From Eukaryota sp. TZLM1-RC (Eukaryota; Protista; Metamonada: BaSk clade): DNA of 64,000 nt. The notes under the pieces are model-generated. The model was not told the origin of the DNA and searched no databases. It worked only from the letters and a program-made list of their open reading frames with translations. Within the stretch, counting starts at the first letter, position 1. The number at the start of each line of letters is the position of its first letter. Position numbers and translations under genes: made by a program. The DNA lies in NCBI GenBank assembly GCA_040285825.1, contig JAUPSS010000008.1, forward strand, positions 620,001 to 684,000, read 5' to 3'. Below are positions 1 through 12,800 of this stretch, piece after piece.

Positions 1-309
1 ATAAATTTGGTCCCTGACGTTATTATGCACTTTGCTTCTAAACGTAATGAAATGTTTACAGTTCAAAAGATGAGTAACTTATTAATTGAGATATAAACAC
101 AAGATTTGGATTGGTGGGGACTGTTTTCATAGAAAATTGCTCAAAAAACTAGCGAAAGCAAAATTATCATTTTTGGCCGAGGCAAGACGGTCATTAAAAT
201 CCTAGCCTTCAACAATACCTCAAATTTACTAGTGTTCTAGGTGGTATCTCCTGCACATTTTCTGGAAACATTTACACCAAATGTGAAGGACCAAACAGTC
301 AAGAGCATT

Positions 310-2258
310 TTAACGGATGCTTTTCGTTTCCTAGGATGCTGGCTTGGAAATGTTCCAAAAATTACTGAAGAATTGAATAATTTTTAATGAAATTGGGTTC
401 TAAACTTGACACAATTTCGTCAATTGAAGTTGGGAAACATATTAAGTTTTTTATCTTAAAAATTCGCTACTCCCGTAAAATTACTCACATTTTAAGAACA
501 ACATCTCCTGATATTTCACGTGAGTTTTGCCGCTCATTTAACTTTTTGAAAACAAAATTTTTTGCATCTTTACTTGATGTCAATTCTGAACTAATTCGAA
601 GGAAGTCATGTATTTTCATCATCTAATTTTGGTGGAATTAATTTCACTTAATCGTCTTTTCTCTGTCAGGCTGCTTTTCTTGGTGGGGGCAAAAATTTTG
701 TTTTTGAATTTTGCAACCGTTTTCCCAATGATGTTAATTTATTGAATTTTTCAAGCAATAAATTTCTTAGAGACCTACAAAATGCTCTTGATTGTTTGCC
801 CTCTAAAATTTGGAGAAAATGTTTTCCCGACAACGTACAGGAAATACCATCTAGAACAGTAGTTGATTTGAGGTATTGTGTTAAAAAATTGCAACAAAAG
901 TTAACAATAATATTTGAAGGCACTTTGCTTTGCTGAAAAGAGCAAAATCAAAAAATACAATGAACCCTTATCTCAGCGAGGACGTGTTTAGCATGTCAAG
1001 TATCAGTTGGTTCCATTTGCTGTTTCTCTTTTTGGTAACATTGGATTATCTGGCATTAAATTTCTTGAAGGTTTCAGAAGTTTAATAAAAGAAAGAGCAG
1101 GAAAAGAATTGAACTTCAATTTCTGGCACAATAGAATTGTTTTTAGTATTCTTAAAGCAATTCCAGAAATGTTGACCAAAGCACTGTGACAATTAGGATT
1201 AGAGTATGAAAATCGCGCGCTTAAAAGATTTGATGATGTTGATCCATATATTGAGGATATTGAGTTCTAGTTTTTTTTGTTTAATGTTATGTTAGCGTTC
1301 AAAATAAATTTCAAATTAAATAAAAATATTTGAAGGCTTAAATTTTAATGTTCGTCTTGGCTCGGTCAAAAAAGATAATCCCGCTTTCTCAAATTTTTTG
1401 TTTGAATCCCAAAACAGTTCCTCTTCGTGTTTAGTTACTCAGAGTCCTCAAATTTATGGTCTTCTTTTAAATGATACCGAATTTTCTTGTACAATGCGCC
1501 TTCGTTGTTTATTTGGCCTGATAACGTGTCTCATAATTTGATTTGTAAATGTGGATCAAAAGTTTCTCCAAATCATTTATTCAATTGTAAACATTTTATT
1601 ACTTTCCGATCAAAAGTTCATGATGCAATAAGAGATCAACTCTGTTGTATGTCAAAATCACATAGAATTGTTTCCTATTTAGAACCATTACTTTCCCGTT
1701 TGGTTGATGAAGATACTTTGAATTCGTTTGGTCGAATCAGAGGTGATTTAATGCTTGAAGGTCTTGAAGGTACAACCATTATTACAGATGTGAGATCCAC
1801 TGATGTATGTAATGATTCTTTTATTCCAATTGTTCAATCAAAATAAAGGGACCCCTTAAATGTTTCCGAAAAAACCAAAATTGACAAATATAAAGCAAAA
1901 TTATTATCCTTGAATGCAGAATCGTATACTCATTATGTCCTCTGTCCATTTGCAGTTTCCCTTCATGGCACGCTTGGACCTCTTGCTTTATCTTTTCTGG
2001 ATGATTTTGTTGAAATTGTGAAACTACGTACTGGAAGAGTTTTTGACAAGGGTTTTGGCAAAACAGACTTGTATTTTCAATTTTCAAAGGTGTTGTTCCC
2101 GTATTATCTTCAGCTTTGTTATCTCTTGAACGTGTTTATGAAAGAAAAACCTTCAGTCAATTCTTCTTGGCTGATTTGGGTTATGAAGACATAGAATTTA
2201 ACCTTGTCGTATAGTTTGTTTTTTATTGGAATAAATAAAAATGTATTAAAAAAAATTT
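310..2258 (+). mobile_element. Degenerate CRE-clade-like non-LTR retrotransposon (3' half), interrupted by a nested insertion at 922-1324
   Basis: Frameshifted pieces: FRFLGCWLGN (RT thumb), CKCGSKVSPNHLFNC zinc finger, HDAIRDQL, RGDL...TDV RLE endonuclease, PFAVSLHG; A-rich tail near 2230-2258. Homologous to 48718-49985. Boundaries approximate. Confidence 0.85.
922..1324 (+). mobile_element. 5'-truncated non-LTR retrotransposon (family R1, 3' end) with 13-bp TSD
   Basis: Near-identical to the reverse complement of ~34555-34950; flanked by AATATTTGAAGGC at 909-921 and 1325-1337. Confidence 0.9.
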
Positions 2259-2347
2259 TAAAGGTCACTTAAATAATTATATCATCAGATTCTTATTCTT
2301 ATTGGTCCTATTTACACTTATTGCACGACCTCTCATCTTCAACAGTT

Positions 2348-2627
2348 ATGGTGGACAATGTCGCCACTCTGTTGCAGATGAAACGTACTTTTCGCCTTGG
2401 ATTCATCTTTCCCTTCATGTTTCTGCTCAACATCTTTGCTATCCCTATTACCCAATCTGACTCACACTGTCTCTCTCGTATGTTACTCCTTAAAAGCTCA
2501 TCCTCCAGTGAAGCGCAAATCTGTTATAGCTCTTTCATTATATCTGGTATTACTCATTGCTTGGGTAATAGTCCACCAAGCTTTTAGACTTAGAGGAGCT
2601 ACCTGGGCTATGTATTTAACAGTTTAA
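2348..2627 (+). CDS. PSENEN: Presenilin enhancer 2 (gamma-secretase subunit), one 31-nt intron at 2478-2508
   Basis: Splicing GTATGT...CCAG joins MVDNVATLLQMKRTFRLGFIFPFMFLLNIF... to LKRKSVIALSLYLVLLIAWVIVHQAFRLRGATWAMYLTV. This gives a small two-hydrophobic-segment protein matching the PEN-2 pattern (GFAFLPFLWLVN / RSAVGFLFWVIVLTSWITIFQ). Confidence 0.7.
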
Positions 2628-2670
2628 GTGCCAAAAGACTAGTTTATTTACATTTAAAAATCAGTACTTG

Positions 2671-5019
2671 TTATATTGTTGGACTTCGAAGCATCTGATT
2701 CCATCGATGTATAGTTTCTGCAAGCTTGGGAGCCAAAGCCCTTCTTGCTATATCAATCTCGTCTAGAATCACTCCCTGAGCTTCTTCTTCTGAAAGATCG
2801 AGCCTGAACTTCTCAGCTACTTTGCTGATGACGTTACGTCCACTATTTATAATTGAAGTCATTTGACTATCTGTAATCAATGCAAATAAAGCTAAAAATA
2901 AATGCGAATGTCTTCTGATCACACTAAACACAAGACAGCAGTATTCTCGGAACTTTCCGAAATACTCTTCTCCCATGGCATAAACCCATCTTTCATCCAT
3001 TCTAATTGGGGTTTGAAAGGGTTTGGGGTCGACGTCCAGCATGTAACCAAAGTCAATGTGAAACAGACAACCAGAGGGAGATAACAAAAGATTATCCAAG
3101 TGACGATCTCTAATACCAAAGCAAAAAGTAATGATCGTATAAGCGGCACAACTAATGGTAAAGTGGTTTATTTTAGAAGTTTGATCCCTAGGAGTCCTCA
3201 AGAAGTGGAACAATTCTTCTCTCGTAAACTCAGAAAGAGCTCTACAATTGGGAACATACTCAATAAGTCCATAATGAAAACCCAGAGGAATGGCCTTGTA
3301 AGGGGTGAGTTTGGCATCAATGCCGGCACTTTTTAGTAATTTATCAGATAGTTGAATTAGTTTAAGAATAAAGTAGTCTTGTCGAAGGTCGTCTCCCTTC
3401 TTGAAAATGACCGAAAATTCTTCAGAATTCTGATCTGTAAACGTGAACCTTACTGGGTAAAAGTTACTCGTGTAGACCTTTACGTTGTTGACTACATCGA
3501 CAATTTCTTGACCCTGATGAGTTGGAAGATGAACAGCAACTGATTTTTTGACAATTGTTGACTGCTTGTCCACGATTGACGGTCTAGAAGAGCGCAAAAG
3601 ACAAGAAAGTCTGGCGTAGGCGGTTGTTGCAAAGGTAGAAAGTGAAGAATTGGTCTTTTCAAACTTTGGATTTGCAATAATTTCTCCCAAATTGACCACT
3701 TCTTCTATAAATAATTTCTGCTTATTCAATAAATTTTTTTGGGTTTTTGATAAATTATCCTTTAATAATTCAAACAATTTGACCAGTAAGGAATGATAGT
3801 GTCCTTCTGCATGATTCATCTCACAAACTAAGATCCAATGAAGTTCATAAGTATCAAAAATATTCAAGACCGCCCGAGAAACCAAAAAATTCATTAATGA
3901 AAGCTCAGTAGAATTTCCCTTTAAGAATCTAAAACTTTGTACCAAAGGAAAAATGAACAAGTTAAAATCAGTACAAGTACACTGATTAAGAATTCTATCC
4001 ACCAAGCCATATTGCTCAAGCAAGGAAGGAATTGGCAGACTGGAAGGAAGCAGCAAAAGTAAATCATTAATTCGAGAAGGTAATTTCCAATTCAACTCAG
4101 ATAAGCAATAAATAGCCTCACTCTCTAAAGCGGGGTTGCTCCAATCAACACTTACTAAAAATAGTAACAGACCTCCATCCAAAGCCCTGAGATAATCCGA
4201 ATTCCTACATCTCCAAATAACTTGCTTTTCAGAGACTGTCAGAGGTTTTATTAGGGAATATTTTGAGTGAATGGAATCAATCAAAGTGATTGGTGGTGAT
4301 ACAGAAGAGTCAGATATATCAGAATTTAGAGCAGAAAGCAAAGAATGTAGTGGTTGAGGTTCTTGACAAGTCTTGACTGGATCGAAAACAGGCTCAGACT
4401 TCAGCCCATTTTTGACCTCCTTGTCCCCCAGTAACTCATGGTGAAACACCGGGAGATCCAAAGATGCCAGATGTACCGTAATCAAAGGAAGAGGGTGCTC
4501 CTGTGAATTTAGAAAAAGGTTGTACATAGATCTTGAACTCAAGTGATCCAACCAACTTTGAGAGTTTTGATTATTGAGGAATTTAATAGCCAACTCACGA
4601 AGATTGAACTGATCGTTGAGTGGTGAAGGACAAAATTTGAGTGTGTGCCATCCAGAGGAATAACGACCGATGTTGTCAAAGAGAGGAAGTGAGCAAAGAC
4701 CTAGGTCTGTGGTAGAAGCAAGTGAAGAGCAAACAAGGGAAAATGACAGGGTAGAAGAAGGGGAGAGGTCAGCAATGGAGACTGGTAGACGAAAACACTC
4801 AGAAACAGAAATACGAACTGTTTGGGAGGGGATAAGAATGGGAGCAAATGTATGTGTCAATGGAGAGGATGCCACGCTGTCAGAGGAGATAGATAGTGTA
4901 ATAGATATTAAGATATTCTGAGATTGTAGTGCTTGTGGTCTGGACCATTCGAAATCAGAAAGTTTAACTAGAATAGGGTACTGCCAGCATTGATCAGATG
5001 AAACGTATTGGAAAGCCAT
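2671..5019 (-). CDS. VPS34: Class III phosphatidylinositol 3-kinase Vps34
   Basis: 782 aa; N-terminal C2-like region, helical domain, kinase motifs IFKKGDDLRQD, DRHLDN, FHIDFG, DPKPF, and C-terminal ETIHRW typical of Vps34. Confidence 0.92.
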   Translation of the reverse strand: MAFQYVSSDQCWQYPILVKLSDFEWSRPQALQSQNILISITLSISSDSVASSPLTHTFAPILIPSQTVRISVSECFRLPVSIADLSPSSTLSFSLVCSSLASTTDLGLCSLPLFDNIGRYSSGWHTLKFCPSPLNDQFNLRELAIKFLNNQNSQSWLDHLSSRSMYNLFLNSQEHPLPLITVHLASLDLPVFHHELLGDKEVKNGLKSEPVFDPVKTCQEPQPLHSLLSALNSDISDSSVSPPITLIDSIHSKYSLIKPLTVSEKQVIWRCRNSDYLRALDGGLLLFLVSVDWSNPALESEAIYCLSELNWKLPSRINDLLLLLPSSLPIPSLLEQYGLVDRILNQCTCTDFNLFIFPLVQSFRFLKGNSTELSLMNFLVSRAVLNIFDTYELHWILVCEMNHAEGHYHSLLVKLFELLKDNLSKTQKNLLNKQKLFIEEVVNLGEIIANPKFEKTNSSLSTFATTAYARLSCLLRSSRPSIVDKQSTIVKKSVAVHLPTHQGQEIVDVVNNVKVYTSNFYPVRFTFTDQNSEEFSVIFKKGDDLRQDYFILKLIQLSDKLLKSAGIDAKLTPYKAIPLGFHYGLIEYVPNCRALSEFTREELFHFLRTPRDQTSKINHFTISCAAYTIITFCFGIRDRHLDNLLLSPSGCLFHIDFGYMLDVDPKPFQTPIRMDERWVYAMGEEYFGKFREYCCLVFSVIRRHSHLFLALFALITDSQMTSIINSGRNVISKVAEKFRLDLSEEEAQGVILDEIDIARRALAPKLAETIHRWNQMLRSPTI

Positions 5020-5043
5020 TCATGAATTGGAGGTGTTCACTGT

Positions 5044-5371
5044 TGTGAATTTCACTTATCATACATTTTCCTATAAAATTCACTCCTGTTTTCAACTTTC
5101 TCAATGTCTACTCACAGGCTGTAAGAGACATGTAGCGTCATTTGACAAAGGCAATCATTTATCAAATGGTTACGTCACTTGAATACACCTACTGTTTTCA
5201 CAGAACAAAGCCTCGCGATTTGATGTATCTAAGTGGATCTGCTAAATGCTACTAAGGTATTTGTAGATCGGTCTCAAAAGTTTTTCAAAAATAAATAAAA
5301 AAAACTAAAAAACTCAAAATGAAATACCTGTGTTTCCAAAGTTTTTGTTTCTGTATTCTCAGGTTCCCCAT
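5044..5371 (-). ncRNA. Putative Fanzor omegaRNA scaffold, family A copy 1
   Basis: About 330 nt of non-coding sequence downstream of the ORF, conserved in three copies, ending in an 11-bp terminal stem followed by unrelated flank. RNA identity is inferred from Fanzor/TnpB architecture. Confidence 0.55.
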
Positions 5372-7300
5372 TCATCTCCTCAACACAACTTCTGGGCAAA
5401 TATATCTTTCCGGCCACAATTCCGCTTTCTTCTTAATTTGAATATTTTTTGCAGCGGGAATATTTCTGTCATATACTATTTCACCCTCAGTTTAAATATG
5501 CATCTGCCATGAGCCTATTCACGGCCATGCAACTACTGGATAGTTTGCTCGTATTAAATTCACTTGTTGACAAGTGCTTCCCGTCTTTATGATAACCAAC
5601 CATTTTTTAAAAGCCCTTTCTGATCCATATCGATTGACTTTTCGGCAATGAGAAGGGAAATTAGCAGAGCCCACAGCAAGGTAGAGTTTTTCAGGATGTC
5701 CAGCCAGCCTTTGAAATTTGTTGAAGCTCTTTTGGAACCGTCTCTCTTTTCGTCTGCAGTTAGCAAATTTAATTATTTTCCATTTGTGGTGATTACTTTC
5801 GAAATACACTTTCCTCCTGATCAAATGCTAATGGTTCAAATATTGGTTGAGATTTTGAACGGAATACTGGTTGGGAGAGTGTTTACTGAGTGAAGGATTT
5901 GTCATGTATCTTCTGCCAGTTGGACAAGGGATAATTCCACATTGATTATCAGTTAAGAAGTAATCACATAATCTAGATTGTCCCAGATCAACGCCAATAA
6001 GCGACCTTTCAGGTAAAATTTCGACTGGATGTCTACATCTTCAACGGGGCATATTTTTAGTGCACTTCAACTGTGTTTCTCTGGTTTTGTTGGCATCAGG
6101 GTCATTTTTCACTTCTTTTTTCGATCTTCGTTTCTTTTTCAGTGGTTCATCCAGCTCATCTGTGTTTTCTAAGTCGCTATTTTATTTTCAAATGTTGAAA
6201 GCAGTGCATTACCATTGATTTTCAATAGAATCTCTTTAAATCTATTTCCCAAACTTTTTCTGTTGATATTAAATTTTTGGTAAGGGCATTGTTTGAATAT
6301 TCAGACAAGTATTTTTGATGAACTTTGTTTAGGAAGATGATCCTTCAATAGTGGGAATTTTTTCACAGAATGGAAAATATGTGAAGGAACCTCATAAAAT
6401 TTAGAACCTTTATGAGAAGCTCAAGGTATTATTCTTTTATTTTCCAGCAATGCATATGAGAAAAGAAAGTGAGTGAGTATTGTGAAATTTTAAGATTAAA
6501 GAGAAAAAGCTCACCAATTTCCTTTGATGAAAAAATGATTTTATCATGTGAAGACACTAGAAAAGCAGTGGCAGGAAATCTTTGAAGAAGATTCAAGATA
6601 CACTTACATGCATTTAATAAAATGAATCATTTTCTTGAATTATTCAGATTGAAATTGATGTAGTGTTCGAGAACAGAATCAACAACTACTTCTTCTGGTT
6701 GGGCTAAGGGTTCATTTGGAAAAAGAGAAAGAAGATACTTGGCACAGACATTTGTTTTGTCTAGAGCTCTACACTGAGCACGAATGAAGTTTTTTGTGCA
6801 GGATTGATAAATTTTAGGTAAATTTGGCTTGACGCCAATTGACGAGTTCGACAAGCAAGGAAAGGCTGAAAGCCCTTTTCTATTGATATAATTACATTTC
6901 TGAGATTGCAACCAATCATTGAGGAAAAGATTGAATGAATTTCTGTAAGGCACTAGAGAATTTTCCCATGAAGAAACAAGACACCTGTCTTGTGGGCACT
7001 CAGGAAGAAATCCACTGTAAAAGATATGCAGTAATTGACGTTGGCCTTTAGATGTGGAAGGCTTTGGAAAAGAACCAGTGGTGATGACGGTCATAAATAC
7101 CATACATCCCGTTCCACTAAAGCTCTAGATGCCAACAAAAAATTTAGAAGAAAAAATTCAAGCAATAAAGAAGCTTCATGACAAATCTTGGTGACCACAG
7201 GAAGGTCAGTCCGAATTTGTTGCAACGCTGCAGAAGTCAGCAGCGAGTTAAGTGCACAAGAGTGAGTGAAGACATGTGACACAAAGGGGATGTTTGACAT
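5044..7300 (-). mobile_element. Fanzor family A copy 1 (near full-length, frameshifted Fanzor/TnpB-like ORF plus conserved 3' tail)
   Basis: ORF pieces 7091-7300, 6627-7103, 5519-5824; RuvC-I LIGVDLG (~6000), LAVGSANF, RuvC-III-position YDRNIPAAKNI. Highly similar to 22654-23640 and 39693-41677; homology stops at ...AATTCACA (5044). Confidence 0.85.
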
Positions 7301-8579
7301 GTAGTGAGGATAAAGAGCTCATCAAATTTTACACTTGTCACCCCATTTTCGACTTCTAGTTACCATTTCTGGGAGATTTTTAACCCGCATCTTGGTTTTG
7401 GCACTATTCAAACACTTTCCTCTCATTTCATAAACTAGGTTCTTATTTCCCTCACTTACCTTCTTTTCCGAGCTTTAGGACTCCCGGTGTACTCTTTCTG
7501 CCGGTTTTTTCTACTCGTCTTTGATAACTATTGTTTACTAATAGTGTACTGATTAAATCAACACCTTCTACTTGTACAAAACTTTTTATATTACACTTTG
7601 ATAAGAGAACGGCATTTCTCTAATCCACAGTACATTCCACAGCTTGCCGTGGTTGTTAAAGTCACAGCGAAAGTCGCTTTACATTATTGATTACAGTTGT
7701 AAGCAGCTTTCTTTCACAAACATGATGGACTTAATCTATTCACACATCAATTTTTCAGTCTCGGGAAACTGTCTAAAAGGGCTGATTTGACACCAAGACT
7801 ACTAGTTGCTGTCGATACTCTTTTTTTCGGATTGAACAACACTGTAAACACCATTCTGTTGAATAGTGAATCACTGCAATTTTGGAATGTTCCTTGCATA
7901 TAGCCTTGAACTAACAAAACTACCACCTTTCTTTAAACACTTCTATGTGGAACTCCTTGGGGTTTTAACTGATCTGAATTGGTCTTGGTCAGCAACAATA
8001 ACAGACCCCAACTATAAGAATATTTTATTATATTGTTGAAGCTTAATATTTCGGTTGAAATGATTTATTTATTGTATTTATTTAACAAAGAAACACTGTA
8101 TCCAATTTCAGTCAATGATAATCAACCACCAAAGTACAAGCAGAGATCAAGAAGTACGGTTGACTGAGTCCAGAAGGCATATATCTAAGCTACACATGCT
8201 AAAACAATGGTGAAGAAACAATTGGAAATTCAATAAACTCAATTTATAATGTTAAATAAAAAACGGGGGGAAGTTATATTTAATAAAATGTATATTCAGT
8301 ATTGATTTTAAAAGTATAAAACTATTGTACAGAATTATCCCTCTGCAACATCAATGGTCGATGATCATTGATGTCCTCCTCCTCGCCAGAATAGAGTACC
8401 ATCTTCATATAGTCTACCATTAGAAGAGGTCTACTTCATCTTAGGGCCATTGACCAATGTTATGTCATTAAATCCTCAAAATTTTCCGTAAGTTCCATTT
8501 GGTTGATTCACTAATTGAAAGGAGGTAATTACTTTCGCTTAACAAAAGGGGTGATTGATGATTCATTTCTGCAAATCAA

Positions 8580-9172
8580 TGATCGGACACCACCACATTC
8601 CATCACGTGGTGGTTGGTACCACCATGGTGGTTTTCTTGGTGGTCAATTTCATTTCATCATTCCTTTCTCCTTTCTTTGTTCCAAATACCATGGCCTGGT
8701 AGCAAACACCTTGTATTTGAATACATTTCCCCTAATAATGCTTATGATGAAGTGGAATATTCGAGAGGACGCCTACATGCCATATGTGACTTTTATTCAT
8801 ATGGATGAATGCTGAAATAGTAAAAATGATGGAAGAGATGGAGAAAATTGCAGAGGCAGAAGTTGCAGAGGCAGTCAACGAGCAGGACCAAGCAGCAGAT
8901 TATTCACTGGATGAAGAAGTCATACCGATCCTTGTTATCTCAGAAATCTTTATGTTTCGGAGGACATTGATGAGGAATGATATGATCTCAAATGCGTTTT
9001 TCTTTCGATAGTCGAGTTATGGGTTTAGTATTAGTTTGTAAAAATCAACATGTTTTATTCATAATTATTTGACAATAACAGCATTTTATAGGCTAATAAA
9101 TACACCACCATGTGGACCACGCGGTGGCACATGGTGGTTGGTGCCACCGCGTGATCAAAATTCCGAACACTG
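8580..9172 (+). mobile_element. Possible hAT-like DNA transposon remnant / MITE
   Basis: Right end reads CAGTGTTCGGAA on the minus strand (hAT-type terminus); CCACC/GGTGG clusters at 8588-8645 and 9102-9153; perfect 13-bp hairpin 9118-9130/9141-9153; peptide LIMLMMKWN resembles a hAT C-terminus. No left TIR or TSD found. Confidence 0.35.
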
Positions 9173-9257
9173 CGGCAAATAGTGAAATCTGTAATCATCA
9201 ATTTCACTTGTATCCTCCATTCATTTCTAGGTCTTTGCTAGAGTCACCTTGTTCAAC

Positions 9258-9791
9258 ATGAATGCTTCATTGATGCAGCTGTTGATATCTGCATCGCGAG
9301 CACTCAAGTTGCAGTGTTTGGAATCACCAGATGAAACTGGGGAAATGAGTGGGTTGTTGTCTACTCTGACTGACATCTATCAAACTAAGGATGATCTACC
9401 TCTTCATGTACAGTGTACCACCTATAAAAAATCATTTACTGAGAAGTTGACAGCTTTTACACTGCAACTTAGACACCTTTCAGAACAGTTGGCAGTCAGA
9501 AACACAGAAAATGAGAACCTTTATGAGGAAAATGCCTCTTTACAGAAGGCTTTGGATCGCCGTAATCAGGAATTGGAGAACCTAAGAGACTTACTCTGTG
9601 ACTATGAGAAGGAGACTAATAAACTTAGATACGAACTGTCTTTACAAAGACAAATGCAAGAAGAAAACCTTATGGAAATTCAGAACTTGAAGTTTAAAGT
9701 TCAATCTTTGGATGTAGCTTGTGTCAAGTATGAAGATCAACTATCAAAAACAAAATGCCAAGGAAAGCGAAAAGTGAAACCTAATTTATAA
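9258..9791 (+). CDS. Hypothetical coiled-coil protein
   Basis: ORF with E/K/L/Q-rich heptads; first ATG at 9258. Confidence 0.6.
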   Translation: MNASLMQLLISASRALKLQCLESPDETGEMSGLLSTLTDIYQTKDDLPLHVQCTTYKKSFTEKLTAFTLQLRHLSEQLAVRNTENENLYEENASLQKALDRRNQELENLRDLLCDYEKETNKLRYELSLQRQMQEENLMEIQNLKFKVQSLDVACVKYEDQLSKTKCQGKRKVKPNL

Positions 9792-9836
9792 AAAATTTGA
9801 AAAATTTGAATTACTCTACATTATATCAAATTTAAT

Positions 9837-12800
9837 TTAATTTATATTCAAATTTAAGGTTATGTTACGAACTAAATTCTGTACAACATCTTCTAAAAGT
9901 TTGAATTCCCATTTGTTCACTGTTGGTTTGTTGTAAGAAACCATAGTTGTAGATGTTATGGTATTATGATGTTGCTTGCACATTGTTTGGAACTCTCCCA
10001 GTAAATTCTTATATTTATCAAAGTTGTCGTTGTTGGGAAAGTGACTCCTCAATAAAGAATGTCGATCAAAGTTACCAGAATCAAACCCAATCAGAGGATT
10101 TTCAATAAATGGAAGTTCAAGTAATCGTGGTTCAACTGTACTCGAAATTGATTGAACCAGATCATTCACTACTAAATGTAACAATTTAGTTTGACGATCA
10201 TCAATTTTGGGAAAATAAACTTCAGAGTTGGAGAAGTTTGGCAATACTATCGGACTATTTAGACTCACATCACAAGGAGAAATACTAATACAACCAAAAA
10301 CATCCCAAGAACAAAAAGCTTGTATTGAGTTCAAAGCATCTTCAGAAGAAAAAGAACCGAAATTTTCTGGTAAAAATTTGGCAATGGAAACATCACCTGA
10401 TGTTGATTGATCCCTTCTTGGACCAATTTCGTGTTTGCGTCGCGACAAACTTCTGAAAGTTTGACTAGATGCTATTTCTTTGAGTCTACAAAGTTCTGAT
10501 TCCGGGTAAGAGTGGGGATCACCCTTTGTTTTTGATGAAAATTTCCTAGTGTCAGCCTTGTATCCTGGGGGAGCCTTGACACTACCGATCTGCGCCCTAG
10601 ATCTGGCAACCGAAGCAACAGTGGCAGTAAGGTGGACAGATCGTCTAGTTAATGGTTCATGATTGGGATCATTGAACAATTCATCGTCCCCTTCACTGTC
10701 AGAATCGCCTGAATCATCACTTTGGTCCCTTTCAAGATATTCTTTTCTCATTGAATCATATATACCACCCAACTTTTGTTTCAAGGTTTCATTAGTCAGG
10801 ACTAGGCGAAGGTCCAGTACCTCATTGATACAACCAGCCAAGACACAAAGAGTAAATGTTACAGTGGTAGCAGGTAGAATCTCTCCACTTGCAGGGAAAA
10901 TGGAAGTGACAAGTGAATGATTAGCTGAAATATTTGAGTTGAGATCAATAGGGACTGAATCTAATCTCCATTTAAACAGATAGTGATCAGTGGAGGATGA
11001 ATTGGTAACTTGAATCATTTTTCTGATAATGGTGCCAGGCAAAGGGCTACAGAACAAAGAAATAGGAGAAAACGAAAGATTTCCCCAAGAATTATTATCA
11101 GACACTGGTAGAAATGACGTCATCGATGATGGTTTGATTGGGAAACTGTACAGTTTGAGATCAACAACATTAAACTTAATTTCAAGCAGAAATTCAACAC
11201 AAAAACCTTGGAATTCAGCCCAAAGCTTTATTTTTTCTGAAAAAAGGCCAAAATTGTCTGAATTGAGAGTCAGACAGACCGATCCAGAAGAATTGCGTTG
11301 AAGAAGAACGTCCTTGAATGAATTAAATTTAAAATTAATCGGCCTTTCGTCCTGTCGCGAGGATTTGGTACCCTTATCCAGTCGAATTCTGATTGGAATC
11401 GTTGAAATGTTGCGAAACGTCATGGCAAAAAAGTGCTTTGAACCAATTGAAACATCACCAAGATCTACAGTCGAAGGTTTGATTCCAGAATCGACGGCAA
11501 CAGGTAGTTGATTAGCACCAGTGACGAATAAAGGAAGGTAAATAATCTGTGACACGTCAATGATTGAGGAATGTTTGGGAAGTGTGGCCGAAAAGAGCTC
11601 AAGGTTGAAAATTTTCCCATTGGCAATCTTAAATACAATATTTGACTTGAAAACTCCAGAGAATGAGTGATTAGCCGACAGTTTTAATATAAAACTATTA
11701 CCTGCTTCAATAGTAAAACAATCAGAACTACAATCAAAAACGTCATCAACACTACAATCACCTTCCTTTTCCCCTACATCATTTACTAACGGAGCATCAC
11801 CTCCACCTCTATGGACTGTTTCCATGGCCCAGGGTTCAAGATCTACTTTGAAGGAACTACTAGAAAGAAGAGAGATTCTAGCATCTACACAACCAACATT
11901 TTGGATTAAAACTTCAAAAATAGAGGAAGGCTCGCCTTCTTGACTCAAAGGAAACGTGATTTCGACAGTTTTCAGCAAAGAAAGAAGCTCAGAGGAGTCC
12001 TTGTCAACAAACCCGCTGGATTCGGCAAATAAAAGTTCATTTTTAGTTGGAATTCCAAGCAATAAATTATTAATTTTGTTGATATTGAATAATGCAGAAC
12101 TACAAGACTTTGGTAAAACATGGTTGATTCCAAATTGACCATTCACGACTTTCAAAGGATTTCTACTGAATGCTACATCATCAATAAACAAAGAAGGGTA
12201 CACTCCAGTCAAAGAAAACCCAATACTACTAGAAACTGATGGTAGAATTACCTTGACTTCACCAGAAATGTGACCCACTGCGTGAGGCGTTACATTGAGA
12301 TCAACAGTCATGAATCCCTTAGCAGGAATGGTAATCGACTGAGGGTTGATAGAAACAGTGGCTAAATGAGCACTATCTTCATTATTGATTTGACCATCTA
12401 ATATCGAGTTATTACCAGCAAAACTTCCAGAGAATTCATAACCCTTTTCTTTGATTATTGACATTAAAGAACACTTCACTGGTGCTGAACTATTATTGTG
12501 CAGAGTTAATGGAAAAATACTAGGTGATCCGATCAAACAATTGCCTAAAAGAAACTGCTCAAAATCAAAGGAAACTGATGAAGGAACTGATGACCCCGAC
12601 AGTTTAATAACATATTTCTCCGTGTAATTGAATGATTTTACGAATAAAACAGCTTCACTAGTGAAGTACCCTTCATCTTCAGGAGCAAATACCAATGACA
12701 TTTCTTCTTTACTGTTACCATCCACAATCCCGTTTCTATGTTGAGCAGAAAAAGGAGAATTTCTGTCAAATTCCCAACAATAATCAACCTTGAGATCGTA

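Noticed and set aside
7300-7450. Left-end TIR or TSD for Fanzor A1
   Set aside because: No inverted copy of the AATTCACA end or duplicated target was found; the left boundary cannot be defined from one copy.
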